Program-made: the position numbers and the translations under genes
From: Prevotellaceae bacterium
GTDB taxonomy: Bacteria > Bacteroidota > Bacteroidia > Bacteroidales > Paludibacteraceae
Assembly: GCA_031271815.1 (NCBI GenBank)
Contig: JAISVA010000033.1
Coordinates: 121,234-185,233 of the forward strand
Length of the DNA stretch: 64,000 bases
Direction of reading: 5' to 3'
In this document: positions 10,201 through 18,700 of the stretch, one piece after another
Numbering within the stretch: position 1 is the first letter of the stretch
Layout: the number at the start of each line of letters is the position of its first letter
Notes under the pieces: generated by a model
What the model was told of the DNA's origin: nothing
What the model saw: the letters and a program-made list of their open reading frames with translations, nothing else
Database searches by the model: none

Positions 10201-11700
10201 TTCCCAATCGAAATTTCCGTTGGCTACCGCTTTATAGACTTCGACTGCGTTAACAATGCTTTCTCCGGATGCTTTCACGGATTCGGTGAGGGCGCTCATA
10301 GAGCCGGTTAATTTATCTTCTTCCTCTAACTGTTTGATAATACCGGCTATGTTTTCGGATATGGTTTTTATGGCATCAAGGCTTGGTTCCGCTTTGGAAA
10401 ATTCATTACAAAGCGATTGGAACGTGGAATTTAAATTCTCAAATTCGCCGGTTACGCCGCCCGGCAATCCCTGTATGCTTTCCTTAAGACGGGCAGCCTT
10501 TTCTTTTAAATCGTTGACTGCATTGGCTCCGTCCTGAATGGAGACATTTTCTTTGGCTTCGGCATTCCGGACATTCTCAACTATATCTACCACCGCATTA
10601 TACAGTTTTTTTGCCTCTTCGCCCATGTCTTCTCCATAAGCCCTTAATGATTCTATGCTATTTTCTGCGTTATTTCCGATAGCGCTTGTTTCGGCGATGC
10701 CGTGCTCAATGATGTTTCGTACCATTGTTTCGGCTCTTTCGGCTATGGTTCCGAAAGATTCAACCTTGGCGGCAAGATCAGAGATTGATTGTGAAAGGTC
10801 TGAACTGTTTACAAATTCATTGAATTTTTGTTCTGCGGTGTTGGAAAGGTTTTCTATGCTTTCGAGTGATAATTCGGTGTTTTTCAGCGCTGCAAGCAAG
10901 TCTTTTCCTGCCTGGATAGCATTCCGGGCTTCATCATTTATTTCACCTCCTAAGCCTTCTATGCCGGAAATAATTTCCAGGGTGCTCTTTTTTAATGTAT
11001 TAAATTGCTCTATTGCCTCTTTAACGGAGTGCTTTTCTCCTGTAGGTTCTCCGCCGTTAATAATGTCTTTTAATCCTTGAAGACTGCCTCCGAACTTAGC
11101 AAAGCCATCGGTGATGTTATTGAAATATTGCTGTGCGTCTTCTCCGATATTCCCTAAATTGTTTTTGACGTTGTTAAATGTATTTTTGACTTCATCGACT
11201 TTATTCTTAATTTGGGCTAATTGATCTTTATAACCGTTTACGATCCCTGTTAACCGTTGGATTTCCTCCAGGTTTATAGCATCCCTGTTTAATTCATTGA
11301 GTAGATTGTTAATAGCATCTCTTATTTGCTGTTTGTTTTGTAAGCTGTTCAAAAAGTTTTTCAAATCGTTTAACTTATTTGCTATTTCGGGATTGTTAAC
11401 CACATTTTCGTCCAACCGGTCAAATGCGCCTGCCTGATCCAGCAGGTCAAATATCTTTTTCATATTCTCCACATCGTTTCTCAACTGGTTGTAGTTGTTG
11501 ACACCTGCTACAATCGCTTGTTTTGCCGCCTCCTCCTGCTGCTGTGTTTGCGGGAAAACAGCTTGACAGAAAAACAGCAGCAAAATCGAAACGAGCCGGG
11601 TACGACTGCTAAATCGTTTTCTTCGTTCTCCGAAACCGGAAAAAGAGCATTTCCCGGAAATCTTCGGGATCAGCTTGTACGAATGGTTTAAATTTCTCAT
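7234..11700 (-). CDS. large secreted protein (1488 aa): N-terminal ~500 aa coiled-coil/alpha-helical region and C-terminal beta-rich Gly-rich region, function unknown
   Basis: A single uninterrupted ORF. Hydrophobic signal-like segment LVSILLLFFCQAVFPQ. N-terminal third is low-complexity N/E/K/A heptad-like sequence. C-terminal two-thirds are rich in G/S/T/aromatic residues. Cys-rich tail CDWAPACSDGSGMCFE. Confidence 0.65.
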   Translation of the reverse strand: MRNLNHSYKLIPKISGKCSFSGFGERRKRFSSRTRLVSILLLFFCQAVFPQTQQQEEAAKQAIVAGVNNYNQLRNDVENMKKIFDLLDQAGAFDRLDENVVNNPEIANKLNDLKNFLNSLQNKQQIRDAINNLLNELNRDAINLEEIQRLTGIVNGYKDQLAQIKNKVDEVKNTFNNVKNNLGNIGEDAQQYFNNITDGFAKFGGSLQGLKDIINGGEPTGEKHSVKEAIEQFNTLKKSTLEIISGIEGLGGEINDEARNAIQAGKDLLAALKNTELSLESIENLSNTAEQKFNEFVNSSDLSQSISDLAAKVESFGTIAERAETMVRNIIEHGIAETSAIGNNAENSIESLRAYGEDMGEEAKKLYNAVVDIVENVRNAEAKENVSIQDGANAVNDLKEKAARLKESIQGLPGGVTGEFENLNSTFQSLCNEFSKAEPSLDAIKTISENIAGIIKQLEEEDKLTGSMSALTESVKASGESIVNAVEVYKAVANGNFDWEEIIIEAATLAGFSKQFYAPVGFQGGYGKTSIRLTIEEMRSHRTTTGIAPDDHGENNYIAYDARAEFQLPFSSYDNSGVTKLTFKGNDIIFSGRKGGEEGPDMTKLTMHFGNDNQKVDSIPMFNRKVYLVPDTSKSYVGIDCNGFRELSLAGEFVFMNSIAIDRNGDDLIKPNEENDQIMDTTKVSAHFSLFATDLDDMIVKVEFPNSFKLDFTGDFIYTVHDALLDLSTVRNAEGFAFPTNYSTDFGDDGDDLWTGFALKELSVKFPPDLSGQQENDDAAEPDPIEINVKNVLFDEYGFTGEFFASLGEDGKIVNSKSMVVSIDQVGMSILKSKFESGFLKGNVEIKAAQDPEKEDAENNNWNIDLDGRFYYQKKTGFEMEARAALGADKQLNIPFTENAQLVLKQGCSLSFTNKNEDKINYAEDGITPVDTVKVKRGAVELVLNGYVTFKTSFVRLDELRFENLTISSRKPYLRDGNFALAGSADYTIGGLRMALNSLGAGYDKKTDLAYFTAEMTVELIGDGLGASVGGKFKFLSDVAHDWEIKGLSLDKIAVDIDFSVFALKGSIEKYGDPIPDPIYGRGLKGDIALTIKPIDISASAEFRFGKTLDEYVRKGSEGVGGILLPDSEQGSFRYWFGVIEASFGSGILIFPPSVNLQSIKGGLFSKMSQVRGKSVRNGDKLMVPDYIPDNETSLGFIVGVGLNVANENLVIINAELEIAFASGGGLSYMTIRGLLNMLGKDKESSLLNGFVNMEYNHIQKIFHMDAGVNVDTKLLTGQAKIVLHTDPDEWWFHVGSNTEPVRLKFIDLAEGQTYFMLGKMPSYIEPLDKNLITEFGFHGYNAGSPADAKAGRGLAFGLKMTVDVGFDKFIYAFVELSGGTDGYVLYKEEETCQPGGSHYRAGVNAFFYLGAGAGVKVRSKRFEVVEFSVLAGLQAEIPKPYYVSGGISFKYKVLGGLVKGNANTKFEGGKTCDWAPACSDGSGMCFE

Positions 11701-11849
11701 TTATTTTTATTCAGTTATTATTTTTATATCTGTTAATTACTTGGTTGCTGCCGCGCAATTGTATCGCGTGGTATTCTCCGCACCGGCGCAAATTTGTGAC
11801 CGTTGCCTCTACTCGTTTGTTGTAGTGTGCAAATTTTGCAGCGTGCACC

Positions 11850-11945
11850 GTTCGGCATAGCGTCTTTCGCTATGTCGGAGCTAAAAGCAAGCCTCCGGTG
11901 CATATTCAATCATTGCATTTTCCTTCATTCTAATCATCTTACACT
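11850..11945. repeat. REP-like palindromic element copy A (orientation 1) with conserved 3' tail
   Basis: Sequence gttcggcatagcgtctttcgctatgtcggagctaaaagcaagcctccgg followed by catattcaat..ttccttcattctaatcatctta. Contains two short hairpins: catagcg/cgctatg and gcaagcc/ggcttgc. Confidence 0.7.
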
Positions 11946-12518
11946 TCTCATTAAACCTGTTCGTTCCACTGGCATAATAATCGATATTACTTCCAAAACA
12001 CTTGATAGATCAGCATAATTGCGCGCATTCGAATAGATATAATCTTCGGCCTTTTCTACAATTCCTGCCCGTACAGGATTTTCGTGTATATAATTCATTT
12101 TCTGTTCGATAAATTTATTACTGTAAATTATTTCCGCATGATTCTCATGTGTCCATACCTGATACTGTGAGTTGCGTTTATGCTGTTTTGCCGAAAATTC
12201 AAAAAGATTCAGCATCCAATCCCGTCTGCTTTCCGGTTCTGTTTGTATTGCTTCCAGCATCTGTTTAGCTGTAAAACTTTTAAATTCTTTTATTGTATCG
12301 CTTAATTTTCCCGGAAAACTGCGTATCAGTAAATGTATATGGTTACTCATAATAACAAAGGCATAAATTTCCAGGCCTTTGTTTGCCTGACAAAAACGAA
12401 GACTTTCGACTACTATGTCCCGATAGATTTTTCGAGTAAAAATATCGATCCAGCGGACAATTTGAAAAGTCACATAGTGCAATTCGTCTTGTTCTTTTAT
12501 TTGGTAACCGGTACTCAT
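11934..12518 (-). CDS. REP-associated tyrosine transposase (RAYT, IS200/IS605-like TnpA, HUH family)
   Basis: HuH motif SNHIHLLI. C-terminal helix carries candidate catalytic Tyr residues (YIYSNARNY). About 190 aa. Flanked by inverted copies of a ~50-bp REP-like palindromic repeat. Confidence 0.8.
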   Translation of the reverse strand: MSTGYQIKEQDELHYVTFQIVRWIDIFTRKIYRDIVVESLRFCQANKGLEIYAFVIMSNHIHLLIRSFPGKLSDTIKEFKSFTAKQMLEAIQTEPESRRDWMLNLFEFSAKQHKRNSQYQVWTHENHAEIIYSNKFIEQKMNYIHENPVRAGIVEKAEDYIYSNARNYADLSSVLEVISIIMPVERTGLMRSVR

Positions 12519-12560
12519 GTTTTTATTTTTGGCAATGTTGTTTGTTTTTTGTTTTTACAA

Positions 12561-12610
12561 GCCGGAGGCTTGCTTTTAGCTTCGACATAGCGACAGACGC
12601 TATGCCGAAC
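12561..12610. repeat. REP-like element copy B (inverted relative to copy A)
   Basis: Reverse complement of copy A with 2 mismatches. Together A and B bracket the RAYT gene. Confidence 0.7.
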
Positions 12611-12857
12611 GATATTTATTCTTCTACTCTTCACTCACAGCACACCTACGCTCAACGAAGAAGACTTTCTGCTTTTTACACTCTACGTTCAACGAAGTAG
12701 TTCCTTGTGTAACTTCGTATCCTCTACGTTCAACGAAGGCTCACTTTGAATCTTTTATACGTTACGCTCAACTAAGGCCTGTGGCTTGTATCTTCGTATC
12801 TACTGTTTTACTAAATTCTAACATCTTCTTCTGTTTACATATTGCAAATTAGAAATT

Positions 12858-12898
12858 TGCTTTTAGCTTCGACATAGCGACAGACGCTATGCCGAACG
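12858..12898. repeat. REP-like element copy C (partial, orientation 2)
   Basis: Matches copy B from tttgcttttagcttcgacatagcgacagacgctatgccgaacg. Confidence 0.6.
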
Positions 12899-12948
12899 GC
12901 GGTTTCGTTTTTTGTTTTTTTTACACACTGCAATGTACGAAAGCATAT

Positions 12949-14043
12949 TTATTCATAACTGATATTTTTTCTTTCGTACACCAATAAATTATGTTTATCA
13001 TCTAATATTGCCAGCAATTTATCATTTGCCTGTGGCGGATTATAGAAATAGCCTAAATCATCTTTAGTCGTATCATACCAAATTATTTCTGCTTTTTCAG
13101 TATCGAAAAAACCGAAAGCATTGGAAACATCCATATTTTTATAATAACCACAAAAGAACAATAAATTAGGATATTCCTGATAATAATTACTGTGTTTAAT
13201 ACGCCAACTATCTTTCCAAATTGCGCCAAAATCTTTTTTAACTTGTCCTGTCAGCCTATTTAAATCTATTTCAAAATAAAAACGATGGGCAAATGCTTTT
13301 AAAACACCTTGCTTTTCGTTTAAATGAATGGTATCACTCAAGTTGACATGTTGTTTTTCTTCTTTATCCAATCCTAAAAAATCCAATATATTTTCTATAT
13401 GATGTATTAATTTTCCTGTTTCAACATCAATTCCTATTAAACGAAATTCACTCACAAGTATCCACAAAACATTATTGTAAACTCCTATGATTTGATTGAT
13501 CTTTGCAGGCTGATCTTTGCCCCAAATGTCTTTATATGGTGAAAAATCGGATATGGAGAATTGCCACAAAACATTTCCATCCAAAACATTGAAACAATAT
13601 ATTAATGATTGGATTATCATTCTTTCATTAAAAGCAGTACAGAAAAAAAAGTTATCACTAATTAATGAAATTGAAACAATAATTTCTTTTTCCCAAATTA
13701 CACAATCAGAGTTATAATCATAAGCAATGATAGAGCGTTTTTCTTTGTTTTTTTTGTTTCTTCCTATAATTATGTTAAAATAATGATTTAAGTAAGAAAT
13801 AGGAATAGACTTCTGAATAATGCCATTTTCTTTGTTAACTATTATAGTTTCTCTGCCACTCGCAAACAACATGATTTGGGATTTCAATAAAATACAACTA
13901 CCATTAAGTTGGTTACTTTCCCAAATTTTATTTAATTCAGAATCTACATAAATTGTTTCATTATTATCTTTGTTCCGAAATACTATATTGTCTTTAAAAA
14001 TATTTAACAAAATGGTATTTTTATACATTTTTATATTCTTCAT
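12949..14043 (-). CDS. hypothetical cytoplasmic protein with PQQ-like beta-propeller repeats (364 aa), AT-rich gene
   Basis: No signal peptide. Repeated motifs of the PQQ/BamB-like type (VLDGNVLWQF, IDVETGKLIHHI, DTEKAEIIWYD). Very N/K/I-rich and markedly lower GC than neighbours. Confidence 0.5.
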   Translation of the reverse strand: MKNIKMYKNTILLNIFKDNIVFRNKDNNETIYVDSELNKIWESNQLNGSCILLKSQIMLFASGRETIIVNKENGIIQKSIPISYLNHYFNIIIGRNKKNKEKRSIIAYDYNSDCVIWEKEIIVSISLISDNFFFCTAFNERMIIQSLIYCFNVLDGNVLWQFSISDFSPYKDIWGKDQPAKINQIIGVYNNVLWILVSEFRLIGIDVETGKLIHHIENILDFLGLDKEEKQHVNLSDTIHLNEKQGVLKAFAHRFYFEIDLNRLTGQVKKDFGAIWKDSWRIKHSNYYQEYPNLLFFCGYYKNMDVSNAFGFFDTEKAEIIWYDTTKDDLGYFYNPPQANDKLLAILDDKHNLLVYERKNISYE

Positions 14044-14167
14044 GAGGTTATTCGACTTTAATAATATTGTAAAAAGGGTTCCTTATATCGTTAATTATAT
14101 CAATTATATCATCAATGTCATCTGTTCCGAATAATTTCCGTAATTGCACTTTATCTAGCAGTTCCTC

Positions 14168-14306
14168 GTTCGGCATAGCGTCTTTCGCTATGTCGGAGCT
14201 AAAAGCAAGCCTCTGGCTTGCATATTCAATTGGCATATTCCTTCATTCTAATCATCTTATACCAGCTATGTCGAAGCCAAAAACAAGCCTCCGGCTTGCA
14301 TATTCT
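14168..14306. repeat. REP-like element copy D (orientation 1, with tail) plus a degenerate adjacent copy
   Basis: cggcatagcgtctttcgctatgtcggagctaaaagcaagcctctgg + catattcaattggcatattccttcattctaatcatcttatac. A second partial copy follows: agctatgtcgaagccaaaaacaagcctccggcttgcatattc. Confidence 0.65.
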
Positions 14307-14448
14307 ATCACTGCCTCTCATCTTTTTATGCTACTTTTTATACATCTAAAAACTTCCCTTCATTTCACGGCTTCGCCCTTGTCATAGCTATAATGACTAA
14401 CCGAATATTTTAATTTACAGCACTTTATCTGTTTTGCTGTTTTTTTAT

Positions 14449-14545
14449 TTTATGTTTTGCAAGCCGGAGGCTTGCTTTTAGCTTCGACATAGCGAAAGAC
14501 GCTATGCCGAACGGCTTACTTTGAATCTTTTATACGTTATGCTCA
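14449..14545. repeat. REP-like element copy E (orientation 2) plus a 37-bp tail repeat also present at 12742-12777
   Basis: gcaagccggaggcttgcttttagcttcgacatagcgaaagacgctatgccgaacgg, then actttgaatcttttatacgttatgctcaactaagg. The latter recurs at 12742-12777. Confidence 0.65.
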
Positions 14546-14555
14546 ACTAAGGTTA

Positions 14556-15626
14556 TTATTTTGGAATAATTTTTATTTTTGATTTATGAATATAACCACC
14601 TTCGTATGATTTTGTCTTATTTTCATACAATGCTATTTTATACCAATTATCATTTATCAAATCCGTTATGACATAAAAAGATTCATCTTTTTTAATTTTA
14701 TATAATATTGGAGATGAAGAGTTCGGTTGTTCACGTACATTTGTGTATCCGTCAGGGTCATTAATGAAAGCTTTTAATATTTCACCTTTTGTAAAATTTA
14801 TTACTTCATCAATGCTTATCGTATTTAATTCGGTAACTGAACTATCCCAATCATAAACTTGAATTTTTTCAATTTTAAAATATCCACTTTCATCCAAAGA
14901 ATAAGTGTATTTTTCAGAAGTAGCGGCTCCTCCTTGAAAAATTCGATGTATTCTTCCATTATTATCAATTACTGTTCTTAGATAAAAATCGTTAATATCT
15001 ACATGTGGTTTGTTATAAGGTTCTTCCGAAAAGAAAACTTCAATAGATGAAAGGAGATTCCCCGATTTTGTGTAATTATTCAGATATGCCACTCTTCCTT
15101 CACCTCCGATATTATATATCAAAAGCGTGTAAAATAGAGGATTCAATTCTATTCTTGCAACACATGTTTTATAATGAATTTCTCTTTGTACTTTACTGTA
15201 ACGATTTCCATTATAAGAAAAACTTGTGTGTGAAATAAGGACACTATCATTCATTTTTCCAAATCCATCTGTTTGTTTCATTAAAGAACCATTTAAACCT
15301 ATTAGATTGGGTAGGCTATCATAACGGAATAATAAATTTTGAGTTTCCCTAAATGAAGGCATGGCTTTGTAATTTCCTTGACGTATTATTTTCGGAATAT
15401 CTACCAATGGAGTAGAGATAGGTAATAAATTCACAAATGCTTGAAAAAACTTTTCATGATTCTCTTTCGGCAAGTTTACCAAGTCATAAGTTTTTATTTG
15501 TGTATTATTAAATATATAAATTTTCTTACCATTTTTTATTTCTTCTTTCATGATATTTGGAACCTCAACTCCTCTAACAATTAAAATATTAGCTAAAATT
15601 ATTAGTAAAAAAAATATTCTTTTCAT
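14556..15626 (-). CDS. secreted hypothetical protein with C-terminal bacterial SH3 (SH3b)-like domain (356 aa), AT-rich gene
   Basis: Signal peptide MKRIFFLLIILANILIVRG. C-terminus TNVREQPNSSSPILYKIKKDESFYVITDLINDNWYKIALYENKTKSYEGGYIHKSKI fits the SH3b pattern (NVRSGPS...WYKI...GYIH). Confidence 0.55.
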   Translation of the reverse strand: MKRIFFLLIILANILIVRGVEVPNIMKEEIKNGKKIYIFNNTQIKTYDLVNLPKENHEKFFQAFVNLLPISTPLVDIPKIIRQGNYKAMPSFRETQNLLFRYDSLPNLIGLNGSLMKQTDGFGKMNDSVLISHTSFSYNGNRYSKVQREIHYKTCVARIELNPLFYTLLIYNIGGEGRVAYLNNYTKSGNLLSSIEVFFSEEPYNKPHVDINDFYLRTVIDNNGRIHRIFQGGAATSEKYTYSLDESGYFKIEKIQVYDWDSSVTELNTISIDEVINFTKGEILKAFINDPDGYTNVREQPNSSSPILYKIKKDESFYVITDLINDNWYKIALYENKTKSYEGGYIHKSKIKIIPK

Positions 15627-15714
15627 CTGTTCGTATTTATTAAATTGTTGAAATATAATGATTTTCTTATATGTTGAAAATATTTAATTTTTATTATCGG
15701 GTATTTTAATTCAT

Positions 15715-18700
15715 TTATTCGTCTATATAATACCATTCAATATAGCTTATTTGACAGGTACATAAATCATCCCATTTCCATTGTGAATTTTCGCCAAGTT
15801 GTCCTATTGATGATGTTTTTCCATTTGTTTGTCCTCCCCATTTTCTTGGACAAAGTTGTTGTTGTTTTCCATAAGGGTCATCTATAATAAGATAATCTTC
15901 TGTTACTCCTTCACATCTAACTAAATGGCCCTTTAATGAGAACATTACTCCATATCCTTGTTTTAACAGATTTTCAATATATGGCTTCAAATTGGATTTT
16001 TCCATATTGGGATTACTCACATTATCTTGTTGTATATTTAAGTTTAATGAATTTGCAATTGCTTGGCGGATGTATCCATATTCTCTTGCATTATTACTTC
16101 CAACTTTACCATAACCCAAATCTCTTTTTATTTGTTCCAAACAATCTTCCAATTGAGTAAATTCTGAATCAGGACAAGCGTCTTCAATACCAACACCTAA
16201 CATTTCTAAACACATGGCTTGACTTGTTAAGTTACACATCACATCCCCTATTGTTTTTCCTTCTCTATCATCAGTATAAGTACTGTAACCGTTGTCATAT
16301 TGATCTCCAAGTATTTCATTATCTCTTTGATTATGATAAGGAACTGTTTTCTGTAATTCTAAATACAAATCCTCCCTTTCAATTGAATCTGTTATTGCAG
16401 CTATTCTTGTTCTTGTAGCAGCAATATCAGCAACAGTTAAAGTCAACTCTTTTCCAAAAACATAATGCTCAAATAGGGGTGCATTTTTTGAATTAACACT
16501 GATCTCGAAATAATTGTTTTGGTCAAATGCAGGCAAGCCTACTTGATAAAATGTATATATTGTATTCACTACTGGAGGTAAACCTTCTTCTCTTTTTGTT
16601 AATATTGACGGATTTACGGTTAAGGTGGGATACATGCCATCTCTCATTTCATCATGTTCTCGACCATTTGTGAACTGTTTTACGATAAATGAAACATTTG
16701 TTGCTAAGCAAGTAAAATCTCTTTTATTATCATTTGTTAGATTCAAAGTGAGAGATGCAACTACGTCTTTGCTGTTTTCTTCATGCAATTGTTCAACAAT
16801 ACCTATGGGGGTAAATATTGACTGTGAAGCCTCATCCCCCTCCAGGAAATTCCAAGTCAGCTGCCCATTCCTGATTGCCTGCCACTGCCAATACATTAAA
16901 TGTCTGTTGTCTTCGCCGGTGGTGTAATCCAGCAGGTTGTTTGTTTGTCCCTGTTGCGTAATGCCGTATACTCCGGAAAAGACGTGTTCCAACTTAAAGA
17001 TTCCGTGGGCAAGCTCATGGGCAACTAAGCGACCGTCGTCAAAATTTCCGTTTTTTTCGAATATGTAACCGACCGATTTCCCGCGTGGCATATCGCCCTG
17101 CACCTGGAAGTCGGAATTAACGCCAATCACAAAGAGATAGGCTTTATCGTTTACAATTTTATTCGGTCTTTGCGTTTTGTACATCAGCCTGATTCGCTTC
17201 ATTTCATCGCTTTCATTGCCCCAGAAGCTTTTGTCGGTCATGCCGGACAAATCAAATTCTTCTTCGCTGCCAAAAGATTCGTCCACCTCTACGGTAAAGG
17301 TGATGCCCAGCGGTTTGTATATGGCATCCAGCTGATTTTTTATGGATGTACCATTTATCGAAGGGGCGCGATAACCGGTCGGCACAAGTACCAGTTTCCG
17401 CTCCTGCGGTGCGTAGTTGGCAATATTTAGTTTTCCTACGACCTGTTTGTCATCCTTTCCGGGTACATTTGCAATGGCAAGAACTTCGGTGGTTTCCTGA
17501 GCGGTTGCCGACCCCGGTATGGTTACTTTTCCGTCAGCCGGAGTGTCCAATACCAATACTTTTCCTTCGTTTTCATCAAGTACAATGATGTATTCGATAT
17601 TTGTCGGGTTTCCGGACTTTATGGTGGCATCCAATGTTCCTGTTCGTCCCGGATTCATTGCTACCCATGGTATGATATAGGGTTTACTGATACTGCCCAT
17701 ATCTGTATAGCAGTTGATGACACCGGAATTTCTAAATTCAAATTTGTCGTTGTCAAAGAGAATTGAAGCATCGGTTGATGAGAATTCCACTTTGGCACCG
17801 GCGTCTATGCTGTTGTTGTTATTGAATGCCTTGGTCTCTACCGTTCCTATTTTTTGAGCCGTTCCGTCCGCATTTTTTATATACATGTTTGTTTTTCCGT
17901 CCTCGGTTATGGTAAACCAGTCGCCGTTTGTTTTTTCATTTGCGGCTGTTTCGAGGGTTTTATTACCTTCGTCGCTGTAGGCAGGTTCTGCTACATTATC
18001 CTGTGAACCTCCGCCGTAGCCCGATCCGAGCAGGCGGTTGAGATCGAGTACCAATTCCTTGCTTTTGTTGTATTCGGTTACGACCGTGCCCTCGAGCAAT
18101 TCATTTTCGTCATTAATTTTGATGTTTTCAAACTTAACTTTGAGGCTGTAGATCGAAACGAACGGAAAACGGATGTATCCGGTGCCGGTATAGGTTTCGC
18201 CGGTATTGGGTGCCAGGGAGTCGATGATGACTTCATAACCGTTTGCCGAGAATCTATCGCCTGTTTTTACGCCTGTTTTAGCTGTAGCGCTTTTTAATGG
18301 CACAAGCGGATCGCCGCACTTATTGTCGATGGTGTCCGAAATCCAGAATTCGCGGATGTCGCATTTTCCGTAGGCGATGTCATTTTGGGTAATGTCATCT
18401 TCTGTTGATGTTATTTTGTAACCTTGTATGCGCACTTCGTAGGTGGTACGGTATTGGAGGTTGGAGAGTGTGCGGCAAAGCACATAAGGGTCTTCAACGA
18501 TTATTACTTCACTGCCGTCACTGCTTTCGCCGGTAATACTGCCTGTGCTGTTTTCGCTGCTTTCGCCCGTATCACTGTTTTCGGTTGGGGGGATGATAAC
18601 TCTGCGGTCGTCGCCGTTTATTTGTGTCCAGCCTTCGGTGTCATTGCAGTCATTGAGTTCGCCTTCTCCTTTTCCTGCGTCAAAAATGATGCCGTTGGGG

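Noticed and set aside
12640-12780. Possible CRISPR array
   Set aside because: The repeats are only ~15 bp and degenerate, there are four units, and no cas genes are nearby. This is reported instead as an iteron-like tandem array.
14048-14387. Small ORFs 14048-14236 (-) and 14115-14387 (+)
   Set aside because: - They overlap REP copies D and D2.
- Their translations (…FGIASFAMSELKAS…) are the REP read through, the same peptide as the ORFs at 11803-12018.
- They are repeat-derived, not genes.
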